Shown here in pieces: positions 25,053-39,845 of a stretch of DNA of 64,000 nt. The notes beneath the pieces are model-generated. The model was not told where the DNA came from. It saw only the letters and a program-made list of their open reading frames with translations, and searched no databases. Location: contig JADEYG010000003.1 of assembly GCA_016906335.1 (NCBI GenBank), positions 248,001 to 312,000 of the forward strand, read 5' to 3'. The first letter of the stretch is position 1. Every line of letters begins with the position of its first letter. Made by a program: the position numbers and the translations under genes. The stretch is from Novakomyces olei (Eukaryota).

Positions 25053-28000
25053 AACAAAGCTTTGCCTTGCAGCATCATTAGAATCGCGCTTGGCATAATC
25101 CGCAGAGTAACTTGAACCATTCACAGAAGCATGCTGCTTTTCATGATCAATGCCCAAGACTGTATCTCCTATTTTATGAAGAAGACCAGGTTCAGTATCG
25201 TTCAATGGCTGAGACGCTCCTTCAGCTCCGCCTTTCAGCCCTCCATGACTTTGGCTGAGGCTATAGTGTGTTTTATTTTTATCGCCAAAGCCGTCCTGAG
25301 CGCCGTTTGAAGTGTACGGGTGAAGGCCTGTATAGTACCGATCTGACGCGGAAGCATTTGCAGAAGAATTGGAACTGACATCTCCGCGGGAATAAGACAA
25401 GGCCTCGTTGCCAGACTCTCCTCGGCTCTGGTCATAAGTGCCCTTGCCTTGAACAGACCCAGAATGCTGTTTTTCATGGTCTATTCCAAGGACACGGTCC
25501 CCTATTCTATGCAGCAAGGGCGGCTTTTCCTGTTCATTCGGTGGAGTTGGCAGCTGTCCCCGACTAGTGGCCGAAAGAAAACTGCCCTGAGCAGTTGAGG
25601 ATCGCGCTTCTGCCTCACTCAATGGTCTGAACCCGCCCGTGTTGTCTGCAACAAACAAACGGCCGTTTATATCGACAATTTCTTGAGATCCCGATTGATC
25701 AGATCTTGACTGATCAGATCCCGACTGATAAGATCCCGACTGATAAGATCCTGACTGATTATAGCCTGGTCCCCTTCCGTTATAGGCATCTCCATCACGA
25801 ACAAACTTGTAGCCATCATTGTCGTTGCTAAAATTGACCGCAGCAATTCGGTCATTGGCTCCTTTAGATGCCTCACTATAGCTAAAATCTTCAAGGACTC
25901 TTCCATCGTATTGAACTGCTTCTCTTATTGCCGATTTGCTGGGCTTTGCATCATTATCTCCTCCCAGAATCTGATTACTATAATCTTGCAATTTGCCTGC
26001 TCCATCCTTCAAATGCTGCTCAGCTGACCGGGCAGCATCAGAGACTTTGCCTGTTAAATGATCAACGTCCTCCCGAGCCCGACCGGCCCACTTGCGTGCT
26101 TTATCCTCACCCTTGTGAATCAGGTCTTGCAAGTCGCCGTGAAGGTCGCCGGCTTCCTCCTTTGTTTGTTCATACTGCCTGGCTAAATCTGCTCGGAAGT
26201 TGACGTCCTGGTGCGGGGAAGAGTCATGGTCTTTTGCATGATCTGCATGGTCAATTCCGAGCGCTTTGTCGCCCAGTTTATGCAGAAATGAGGGCTCGTC
26301 AGCGTTCTGTCCATGATCTGCTTTGCTTCTACTGTCTTGATTGTCACTGGCAGTTGAATTTGTCAATATTTCTCCTGTTTTACCTATCAATTCGCCTGCC
26401 CGATCGACTGCCGCAGAGCCAATCTGACTTAGGCTACTGCCTTCAACGCTTCTGTCTTGATCATGCTCGTCAAATCTGTACTGTCTGTTTTGAGCATGAT
26501 CTCTCTCGTGATCAATGCCGCGTACCGTATCACCGAGTTTATGCAAAAGCCCAGGATCACTACTGCCATCATTGCCGCTATCGAAAGAAGCGTTCCTCAG
26601 ATTCGCAGTACCATAAGCACCGGAATCAGTGTACGATCCTTGGCCAACTGATCCGCCCACGTATGCTGATCCGGATGGTGTATTCAGCTGGCCAGGCCCT
26701 TCCATGCCGGGACATGCCATCTCCGCATAATCTTTGTCGATCTTGATGCCCCTGATTGCTCCACCTGTTGTTGGTCAGATTAGATCGAAATGATATATGA
26801 GAGATAAAAATGTGAAAGAAATAGGGATTGACAGAAGTAAAGATTCGACAGAGAAAACCAAATAGAATACATATAGAAACAAGATTAAAAAAACAACAAC
26901 ACAAGAACAAAATTGGGTTATATTAATTGTTAAAAAATACATATCATTTATTTTCAGATTCATAACAATTTAAAAAAAAACATATAGACAAATAGGGAAA
27001 AGTACCGTCTAATCTGTCATCTTTCGAAGACCCGTCAAAACCCTCCTTCGAATAAGAAAGAGTTTCGTCTGGAGAGTTATCATTTGCACGATCAATAGAA
27101 CGTTTCTTTGCCTCTTTATTACGACGACGGTTGATTTGTGTAAGAGCCAAAGCAGATACAAGAAAGGCCAATCCTCCCAGAATCCAAGGATTTTCACGAT
27201 TATCGTGAGGCTGACCTGAGCCAGAGCCAGAGCCAGAGCCAGAGCCAGAACCTGAACCTGAACCTGAACCTGGACCGGAGCCAGAACCTGAGCCTGAGCC
27301 AGTGCTAGAGTTTCTGACCTTTCCCCCTAAACCTGCAGCCTTTTCAGACGTCGCTTTCAAGCTTGATTTGACAGAATTTGCAGAGGATACTAGACTGTTC
27401 ATCATACTGGACAATGCAGCGTTCTTTGGAAGAAAAGTATTGTCAGATTCCTCATTCAGCTTTCTAGCGGCTTCAAATCCATCTTCGGCATGATTTGAAT
27501 CTGACTTTCCAGATCCTTGTTCCCTTGATTGGTCGGGGTACTTTAATCCCGAACCGTCTCTTGCATTAGGAGCCTGCAGCCTTTCCAGTTTAGCGTTTGG
27601 AGACGCATGGCAGGATGAGCCCATCTTTTGACCAAAAACGCCCTGGTCAGGTTTGGTGGAGCGGAGAAAAGGACCTTGGCGGTGAGTTAATGAAACATTT
27701 TCTTCATAGTTGTTTAGAACAGGTGATTTACCAGTAGCAGCAGACGCAGGCTCGGACTTGCCGGCTATGCTTGAGCTCTCTGCCGAGGACTTGGAGTCTT
27801 TTCCGATTGGTCCAGAGTGTGTCTGTTGAAAGTTGGAGGCAGACGAATTGACACCGGAAGTGCTCCGTCTTGCAAAGGGCCAAAGACTCGGCATTCCTTC
27901 ATCCTCTGCATGGTATCCCATGCCCTGAGTGGGCTTTCTTCCTTCAGAATTCTGTGCAGAGAGACCGTCTGCCAAGTCGGAGCCGCTCTGATCATTCATT

Positions 28001-30170
28001 CCGCGTTTCTTATTGCCTTGGCCGGTAAAAGATTCAGACGAAAGGGCTGAAGGCTGGCTGCTGCCAAAAGTTCCATTGCTTACAGAATGCTCATCCGCCT
28101 TTTGAGCTCTGAGACCTTGATCCATTTCATTTCTAGAAGACGAAGCCGAACTTTCACTCTTTTTCATTAGACCGGCTGCTCCAGCAGCAGCCGTCGGAAC
28201 AAGCCCTGAAGCAAAAGCAGGAATAGAGTTTGAGGAAGGCTGCTCGGTTTTGTCACCAGATCGAGTCGCTCCCGGTCTATGGCCAGCAACGTTCAACGTT
28301 TGATCACGGAGCAAACTGCTGTGTTGTGCTCCGTTCGGGAACCTTTGACTCACCATCCCAGAGTCTGTAATATGAGGCTGACAGTAGCTGGTGCTTTTAT
28401 TACTGCCCGTAGAGCCCTCAGGCTTTGCAGAAGTCTCATGGCCGAGTCCAGCCACGTCTAAGAGAGCATTGTGTGGCAAATTAGCGGTATTTATAGTCTT
28501 GTTTCCGGTCTCATAATTTGAGGCATTTTCCGGCTTTTTCAACAAACGTGCTCCAGGCTTATTAGCACTAAAATTAGTGACAATTCTGTTATTGCTGGCA
28601 ACGTTCCCATCCGCATCTTTGCCCGCATTTTTAAATAGAGGGCCAGCGTACGATTTGGGTACATCAATTCCAGCGCTGCTTTGACGATTGTTAGGACGAT
28701 TATTTGCTTCAAAGGCGGTTGTTGGAGTAGAGCGAGAGCCAGTGCTTCCTGGGCTTTTCGTACTCTCCAAACTAGCTCCTGCTTTTGCTGCTGAGCTAGT
28801 GGCCTTGGTGTTTACTGAGGATTTATTTGAGGCTGTATTATGGCTCTCGGCAGCTTTGTATCTAGAAGCAGAGCTGTGTGCTTTAGTGGGGGAACTGCTT
28901 GCTTTGGCCGGCGAGGGCTTTGCTGTAGAATCCTTTGCTGGCTGTTTAGAGTCTGATTGCGCAGATGAATGGACAGAGCCCCTTGTCGAAGACTGTCTCC
29001 GCGAAAGAGTGCCCTGCGCTTTTTGAGCGCCTTTGCTAGAATCATTTTGAGCCTTTGAGCTTTTCAAATCAACAGATTTGCCCGAGCTTCGATCCTTATC
29101 ACCTGGCAAAGACGAAACCGAAGGGCCAGCAGTACTAGAGGTTCCAGACCTTGCAGACTTTGAAGCTGTCGAATTTCCAGATACTTTGGAAGCGTCAGAA
29201 ACACCAGGACTGGACGCGTCCTTTTGAGCACTTTTCCGCGGCCTGCCTCGAGTTGCAGCAGCCTTCACGTCCCCCTGGCTGCCTGCAGAAATTTCTGATT
29301 TACTATCGGCACTAGATCCACCCTTGCCTGTCGCATTTTTGGACTTGCCGGTCTTGGAGACGTCACCGGATGAGCTACCAGCCTGGATAGAGCCTTTACC
29401 CTGCGCTCCAGATTCTGATTTTACCTTACCTGCAACTTTTGCCGATCGTGCGGCAGTAGTCTCGGAGCTTTTGGACTTTGCCGACGCTGCATTATACGTG
29501 TCGCCCGTTTTATTTCCCTCATTTGCTCCATTGTCCGCACTGGCAGAGGCGGCTGAGCCTTTCCCACCTTTCCCACTTTTGCCGTCAGTGGCTGTGGGTG
29601 TAGAGAACTCTGAGCCTCCAGTCTTGGCACCCGCACCAGCGCTTGCGAGAAGGGTATCTAGAGCATTAGTTGAAAGCAATCAAATTAATCGGTTTGTAAT
29701 TAGAAAATTAATAATTAAATTGAAACGCAACAGAGTGTCTCCTCCCCCGGTAGCTTACCCCTTGCAGGCCGTCCACGTCCACGCTTAATTGGGGCAGAAG
29801 CAGTGCCGGACGTGAGCGCGTCTATCGTATTTCGCTGCAAATCGAGCGATACAAAAGCACCTCGAGCACGTCGATTGTGGGGACTGTGGAGGTATACTTT
29901 GACGTTTGACAGATGCACTTCGTCGCCGGTGACGGTAACACTCTCAGACGGAACAGAAGCAGAGCCGGAAGAGTCTGCAGCGGCAATTGCTGGACTAGAG
30001 CCAGCTGGCTGCTTTGACTTTACTGCCAGAGGCCGTGTAGAAGACGAAACAGCGTACTCCCGCAGAAGCGAGAGCGGAGAAAAGCGGCAGGGAGGCAAAG
30101 CAGCCGCGCGCACACGCAGCTGCCCGGCCGTTTTAGCCGCTCGCGATATAGACCACGGTCTTGTGCTCAT
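24390..30170 (-). CDS. MIA40: Giant Mia40 mitochondrial IMS oxidoreductase/import receptor, ~1812 aa (3 exons)
   Basis: Exons 30170-29759, 29657-27006 and 26764-24390 total 5439 nt and join in frame through two phase-1 introns. C-terminal [25 protein letters not shown]9-C...C-X9-C; presequence-like start; TM segment [18 protein letters not shown]. The Mia40 domain is certain; the fusion is inferred from splice signals. Confidence 0.8.
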
Positions 30171-30811
30171 GAACGAGCAGTCTTGCCTTCTTATCGAGCT
30201 GTCAAAATAATTATATTTTCAATATCGGACTTTTCTGTCAGCTGGTTAGTGGACAGTATATAAAGTATTTGTAATACGAAATAAAGGTTTAGCTGGAAGG
30301 ATGCCGGTATTAACAGAGTATAGGAAATGTGGAATAAAACTGGACAAATCTCTTAAAATTAAAAATAATCATAAATATAGAATAATCATAAATCATAAAT
30401 AACAATAAAATATGGAAAATATCATATGAAAAAAATAATATTAAACCAGATTAGTGAATCACACAAGACTAAACCATACAAAAATTAACAAATAAATGAC
30501 AGAAAATAAAAGAATCCGTACTCCAAGGCCAAGCACGAATCGTACGTGCCAAGGTCGCGATATTAATGCCCGAGGGTCTGATATAGATAAAACTAATTTC
30601 AAGCTGTTTGCTTAATATTTCAAAGTCAATTGGAAACGCCAGACTGTTTAAAGAAGGAGATTTTTGGTCCTTGTCTGATATGTGCAAGACTTACTCTCCT
30701 GAAAATGCCAACCACCAAGCAAGTGGAGTAGAATGCCGTAACGATTCTTCGGGTCAAGCCACTTGGAGTATTCCAAGTAAAAAAGAATCGTACTGAATGG
30801 ATCAATCTGTC

Positions 30812-30976
30812 TCAGATAGGATGCGACGAACGGCGTGACAGCGCACAAATATAGACGAGAAAGAAGAGCGGAACAAAGAGCAAACCACACACAAAGAAAG
30901 TGAGCTTTTGCACGAGCGTGAGCGAAAGCACGCCGACAGCAGCAAAAGCAGCAATACGATAGACAAACTTTTTCAT
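30812..30976 (-). CDS. Candidate 54-aa hydrophobic microprotein
   Basis: MKKFVYRIAAFAAVGVLSLTLVQKLTFFVCGLLFVPLFFLVYICALSRRSSHPI*; TATA-like sequence about 45 bp upstream; no recognised family. Confidence 0.25.
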   Translation of the reverse strand: MKKFVYRIAAFAAVGVLSLTLVQKLTFFVCGLLFVPLFFLVYICALSRRSSHPI

Positions 30977-31661
30977 GTCATGTGCGCCTAGAGTCGCAAC
31001 ATGTAGTATTGATTCGTGTATATAGATATTTGAAGTGTAATTGAGCCCGGCTTTTCCTTGCGTGGGTGGCCTAATGGCATCATGGGATCATGGGACTATT
31101 CCGTGGGAGAATGGTATCCCTTTGCATTCTTAGGCTTATAGGTAAGTTGGTAGTAAATTTAAATGTTCAATTGCGCCGTCCCAGGTATTAGGCCGTCTAT
31201 GTGGATTCTATCACGTCGCTGAATCGTGTTGTTTGACCTGTTGACAGAGTGCAATTTGCTCTTTTAAATTGGCATTTTACAGTTATTATATAGCAGAATA
31301 GTCGCACGAATATCTATCCTCCCAAGATTAGTTGATAACAGCCATGAACTACGATGACGTACCATAATAAAAGATTATTCTTATTTCTCTACTTTATTAT
31401 CTCTTTTTTATCCTTAATACTTTTCTTTTGTATTATTTTATTTTCCATTACTCTATTTTCTATTATTATCTATTACTTTATTCTTTGCGAATATTATAGC
31501 TCTATATATAAACCACTCCATTACTTACAACTCTACTCCACACTTTAAGATAACTTGAAATTCTGATTTGCCGGTTATGACTTCACAGCGCGAGAAGCCA
31601 TGTGACGCTGAAGCCAACACTGTCCCGCCTTTCACCAATCAAAGGCATAAAATAACAGAAA

Positions 31662-34344
31662 ATGGCGCATGATTCGCGGAGACTCGCCGTCGTTGAGCAA
31701 GACCCTTACTTGGCGTCTTATGAACCTGAATTGAAACGCCGTCTTGCAGAGGCAGCGAGATGGGAGGCAATAATAAACGAGTCAGAGGGAGGCTTTGAAA
31801 AGTTTACTCGGTCGTATGAGCATTTCGGCTTACATGTGCAGCCTGATAATTCAATTGTGTATCGCGAATGGGCACCTGCCGCTACGCGTGCCTCACTAGT
31901 CGGCGATTTCAGTATGGCTTTTCAGCAGTTTATTTAAATTTTCTCTCCGTCGGCTGTAGTCCGGCTTACCCCGCACGCAAAGACTCGAGCTAATTGACAA
32001 TAGACCATTGGGATACGAACGCAAATGTAATGACAAAGAATCAGTACGGCATTTTCACTGTCACTGTTCCGCCTAATGCCAACGGGGAGCCAGCAATTGC
32101 TCATAATTCTAGACTAAAGGTAGGGTTTCTGGCATTTTGGACGCTGTTCTATTCCCGTGATCATTCCTACTTTAAAAACCTGTTTTGTTCTTGCCGATAG
32201 CCTTGTTTGCTTGCCTTTTATTTTTTGCTTTTTTCCCTAAACTATTCTGGGCGTTATCTTTGGCATCTAACGCTTCAACTCGAGTCGTTTGTTTACTTTT
32301 GATTTACGCTTTACCCTTCCGTCGTCCTTGTTGACTCATTTACCTTTCTTCTCTTGACGAATCTAATGGCACTCCTTTTCTTTTTGTTTTTCTATAAACA
32401 CTCTAGAATCCAATGCCTCTGACACCTAGATTGCTCTGGTTACTCCGAGCGGCGAACTGCTACATCGAATCCCTGCGTGGGCAAAGTACGTAACACAAGA
32501 CCTTTCCGTTTCGCCGGTGTACGATGCACGTTTCTGGAACCCGCCAGCCGATCAAAAGTACAAGGTCCGTTTTCCTGCACCTCAAGCCCCACGCAACCCC
32601 AAAATCTACGAGGCTCATGTAGGAATTGCCACAACGGAGTACAGGTGTGGAACGTACCGCGAGTTTACGGATCACGTACTGCAACGTATCAAGGCGGCAG
32701 GGTACAACACGATCCAGCTAATGGCGGTGATGGAGCATGCTTACTATGCGTCCTTTGGGTACCAAGTAACCAACTTTTTTGCTGCTTCATCCCGCTACGG
32801 CAATCCGGAAGAGCTGCGAGAGCTCGTTGACACAGCTCACGGAATGGGTTTGACAGTCCTTCTGGACATTGTACATTCTCATGCTTCGAAAAACACGCTG
32901 GACGGGCTCAATATGTTTGACGGTACTGACCACCAGTACTTTCACGGGGGCGCCAAGGGAACCCATTCCCTGTGGGACTCTCGGCTTTTCAATTACGGTG
33001 GGTACGAAGTAATGCGATTCTTATTGTCCAATTTGCGCTGGTGGGTTGAAGAGTATGGGTTTGATGGGTTCAGGTTCGATGGCGTAACCAGTATGCTTTA
33101 CACTCATCATGGTATTGGAACAGGGTTTTCCGGTAATTATGAGGAGTACTTTGGCGATAGTGTGGACACGGAGGCCGTTACGTACTTGCAGACTGCAAAT
33201 AAAGTGCTGCACGAACTCTACCCGGGCCGATTGCTGACTATTGCTGAAGATGTGAGTGGGATGCCGACTCTTTGCCGGCCTTGCAGTGAAGGTGGGATTG
33301 GATTTGATTACCGTTTGGCTATGGCCGTGCCTGATATGTGGATTAAACTGCTCAAGGAGAAGCGCGACGAAGACTGGGATATGGGGCTGATCTGTTTTAC
33401 CCTGTCTAATCGCCGGTACCGTGAGGGAGCAGTTGCGTACTGTGAATCTCACGATCAAGCGTAAGTTTAAGGAGAAAGAAAAGAAGAAAATATAGTAAAG
33501 AACGATACAATACAAAGACAAAGGAAGGAAAGAGAAGGAGAGGAAGTTTATTCCTAGTTTTGAAATTTTTTTAGATCTTTTAAATTTTTAATTTATTTAT
33601 TTATTTTTTTTGAGATAGCTGAACATCTATTGGCTGCAATTACTCTCTCTCCTTTTATCTTCCACTCGGCACTAACGATCCAATACTAATGTTAGTCTTG
33701 TTGGGGACAAAACGCTATCCTTTTGGCTGATGGACAAGGAAATGTATACAAACATGTCGGTGATGACCGACCTTACACCCGTAATCGACCGCGGCATTTC
33801 TCTGCATAAAATGATACGGCTAATTACAAACTCGCTGGGTGGCGAGGGCTACCTTAATTTTATAGGAAACGAATTTGGGCATCCAGAATGGCTTGATTTC
33901 CCGAGAGCGGGTAACAACAACTCCTTCCAGCACGCTCGGCGCCAGTGGAACCTTGCCGACGATGGCCTATTGAGGTACCATTTACTGTGGGAGTTTGATA
34001 GGGCCATGAACCTGTTGGAGGACCAGTACCACTGGCTCCCGGCCGAACCAGCTTATGTCTCTCTCATGCATGAGGGAGACAAGGTAGTTGTGTATGAGAG
34101 AGCAGGTCTCCTTTTCGTCTTCAATTTCCATCCGTCTGCGTCTTACACGGACTTTCGTGTGGGGATTGAAGTAGCGGGAAAGTACCGTATGGTCCTCGAC
34201 TCTGATAGCACAGAGTTTGGTGGACACGGGAGACTGGACCATTCTACCGAGTTTTTTACCACTGACCTGCCCTGGAATAATCGCAAAAATTACCTGCAAG
34301 TCTACATCCCGAACCGAACCGTTATCGTTCTTGCTCTCGCCTGA
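31662..34344 (+). CDS. GLC3: 1,4-alpha-glucan (glycogen) branching enzyme
   Basis: Introns 31912-32003, 32120-32429 and 33461-33695; [61 protein letters not shown]. Confidence 0.96.
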
Positions 34345-35010
34345 GCCGTGCTTGTATTGTACCATACTAATATTAAATGTACTCTTTTATCCACTTTGCA
34401 AGTCTCGAGTCGAGAAAAGTGGGCAAGCGATTTGCTATTCGTCGTTGATAAACGGCGATTTGCTTTGGACAAGTTTGCTTCAGAGAATAGACTTAAATGG
34501 TGCAACCAATTTAGATTTTGTAAGAATGACACTGGGCAATAGTCAGATCCGCAAACTGGCTAATGATCCGCGTTCCATCCAATGACGTCTACGTCTACAT
34601 TTGCGCACGCGGCCTTTACCTTGCGGTATATAATAGGGATCAACCTTCACATTCTGGTTTTCTAAACAAAATATATCTCTTCCAAAGGAATACAAAATAA
34701 AGTAAAAAATAAAAAATAAATCCGGGTTCTTATTCCGTAGTCGATGGATGCTGCACACACACACACACACACACCGAATCTTTGACGAATTTTTGTCGTA
34801 AACGTTTCATACCGTTCCGCTCGTTCACGGAGAAATATTTTATTTTCTAAATTTCCTTTTTCAGAAACTTTCCTGTCTAGAAAAATTTAAACTTTTTTAT
34901 GCCTCATTTAAATATGTATGGAAGCAAAATTATAGCCAGAATAGTGAAAAATCAACAACAACAGTTATTCTTTATTATTTTAAATTCTTTTAAAAAAAAG
35001 ATCCCCGTTC

Positions 35011-37081
<2,071 letters not shown>

Positions 37082-37385
37082 GAAGAAACGGGCTGCAAAG
37101 TGGTAAGGAATTGGTTCTTCGTGAGAGAGAAGAATCAATAGTTCCTTTTTTTAATGTTTGCATGGGTCTGGATTTATGCGTAACGCTACTGCAGGCAGAT
37201 TTCGGCGGCTGTATTACTTGTTTGTTGCGTGTGTATAGTGCATCCAGTGCTCGTGCGATTGTATAAAAACAACGCTGTATTCTGCTTTCCTTCCTACGCA
37301 TTCTCAGTAATGTAACTGCGCGCGTTATATGACGGCGGATGGTGTTTGTGTCTTCGTATATACAGAGCAAATATGTTACATAGAT

Positions 37386-37446
37386 GTTTAATAAATGTTT
37401 AATAAATGTTTAATAAATGTTAATAAATGTTTAATAAATGTTTAAT
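37386..37446. repeat. 11-bp tandem repeat (TTTAATAAATG)n in the ATP2/MCX1 promoter
   Basis: About 5-6 near-perfect copies. Confidence 0.8.
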
Positions 37447-37715
37447 ACTAGATTATCTAGTATCACAATTTAAATATTAAACTCCAAATATTAAACTCCA
37501 AATTTTATACATTAATATTAAACTCCTAGTATTATTATACATTCATATTATAAATTTATTAAATTTATTAATATTCGGCACATATACATATTACGGGCGC
37601 AAGATAATCATACTACAACACTAGAATCCGGATTATCAGTCAGAATCTACAACATTTGTATCTATTACTATCAAATCTCGGCCTCCACGTTTGGCCCTAT
37701 CGTTTCGTTGCCAGA

Positions 37716-39845
37716 ATGCGGTGTGGGAAACGGGTCGCTGTGCCGCCTATTCTCTATTTTTGCCGCCGTCTTGACCTCAATGCACCGTCCACAGTTTTAT
37801 CGCGGCGATTTAGCAGCGCAAGGGGCTCTGATACAAATGATAACTCTGGCAGTTTACTGGAACAGTACCATTTGAAATCACCGCGAGAGATAAAAGAGGA
37901 ATTTGATCGATACGTGTGTGCACAGGAAAATGCGAAACGCGTGCGTAAGTGGGATTTTTTTGGGGATTTGTTTTACATTTTTTATTATGCTTTTTCTGTT
38001 TTCAAATTTTGGTCCCGTATAATCTGGTTTTATATAGCGATAGCGGCTAACTAAAGTCTCGGTCGCGTGCTACAATCATACTCTACGCTCAGCCGCACTT
38101 GATCAATCGCGGCAGCGGCAGCGGCAGCAGGAATTGGAGAGGCGTGGACTTGATTCAATCGATGCCGCAGCAGAGGCAAACATAGAGTCCGAGGATTTCT
38201 TCGAGTACCCGCGGCCAATGCGTAGTATGTGTTCTGTCTATTTTTGCTTTGTTTGCTATTGCATTCATATTGGATGTTTGTTTAATTCTTTTTCCTTTCT
38301 GTTTTTATTTATTTTATTTTTCCTTTTTTCCTTGTGTTGACAACAGAAATCGAATCGTCCGCTGAACGAGGATCGCATAAAAGACACAACGCCGAGGATT
38401 ACCGTACAAATGAAACGAACTCGACTCGAAAAGCTGCTCGGCAAGAGAAGTCAAGCAAGACTTTGAATACAAGCATAAAGCCAAACCCTTCCGAAGCCTC
38501 AGCCAGCAGTGACTCTGGATTTGAACAAGTAGTGCTTGAAAAATCAAACGTTCTCCTTCTTGGCCCTACAGGCTCAGGCAAGACTCTACTTGCACAGACC
38601 CTGGCCAAATTCCTCGATGTTCCCTTCAGTATGAGCGACTGTACGGCAATGACTCAGGCCGGGTATGTCGGTGAAGACGTAGACTCTTGTATCTTGCGGT
38701 TACTGGCAGCTAGCGACTATGACGTGGCCAGAGCGGAACACGGGATTATTTGCCTTGATGAGGTGGATAAAATAGCGAGACGTACGAGTGAGTCCCCGGT
38801 TTCTGGACGCGATGTTGCTGGCGAAGGAGTGCAACAGGCCCTTTTAAAGATATTGGAAGGTACCACCATTACAGTCACGGATCGTAGTGGAGGTGCCGGC
38901 CACCAGTCTTCTAGGGATGAAAGGCCCCGGACCGGGTACGGATTGCCTCCACACAACTTGGCTTCGGGAACAAGTAACACTATAGGGTCGGGGCCGGGTT
39001 CTGTTGCAAACGGACCACAGACTTACACGGTGGATACGTCGAATATTTTGTTTATTCTTACGGGAGCTTTCACTGGGCTGGATAAGATTATTATGGACCG
39101 AGCGGCAAAGGGAGCCATTGGGTTCAATGCCCGCATTCGAGGGGCCGTCAGTGACAGTGAGAGGCTTCTAATGGAACAGTGGGACCTTGGAGTATCTGCT
39201 CGTAATCTGCGGTTCAGAGAAGAAAAGAAAAAGAATGATGCTGATGCGAGAGAGCAAAAGAGCGATGAAAATAAGTATGATAAAAAATCGAAAACTGAAG
39301 ACTATGATGCGAATGATACTTCTCGCATTTATGCTTATGCTCAGCCCGAGGATCTTGTTCGATACGGGTTTCTGCCTGAGTTCGTTGGACGTGTCCCTCA
39401 AATAACGAGTATGCACGAGCTCTCTCGCGATGATCTGGTTCGTGTTATTATTGAGCCACAGAACGCTCTGGAAAAACAGTACCAGCAACTCTTTAGATTG
39501 TCCGGAATTAATCTGACATTTACCCGGGCTGCTTTGCATACTGTTGCTGAGAAAGCACGAGCAATGAAGCTGGGGGCTCGAGGATTGAGGCGTATTTTAG
39601 ATGCTTGTGTTCACGAAGCCAATTTTGATGCTCCTGGTGGCGGAGTGAGAGGTCTAGTCATAACCCGAGAAGTGGTCCTTGGCAACGAGAGGCCGCATTT
39701 TTTCTCTCGCAGCCAAATGTCGGACATTGATCGGCTTGTTGCTGAAGAAGATGCTTCTTTTTTTGGCAATGAATCTACTGACGCCAATTCTTCTTTTGCC
39801 GACTCGGGATTAGAACAACGGTCGAGTCATGCATCGATCCCTTGA
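37716..39845 (+). CDS. MCX1: Mitochondrial ClpX chaperone
   Basis: SPREIKEEFDRYVCAQENAKRV|LSVACYNH; LEKSNVLLLGPTGSGKT, TQAGYVGEDV, GEGVQQALLKILEG, GARGLR; two introns. Confidence 0.93.

Noticed and set aside
31040-31148. U1 snRNA on the minus strand (ACTTACCT)
   Set aside because: Lacks the U1-70K loop, the CATTGCAC loop and an Sm site; it is only the complement of a splice-donor-like sequence.
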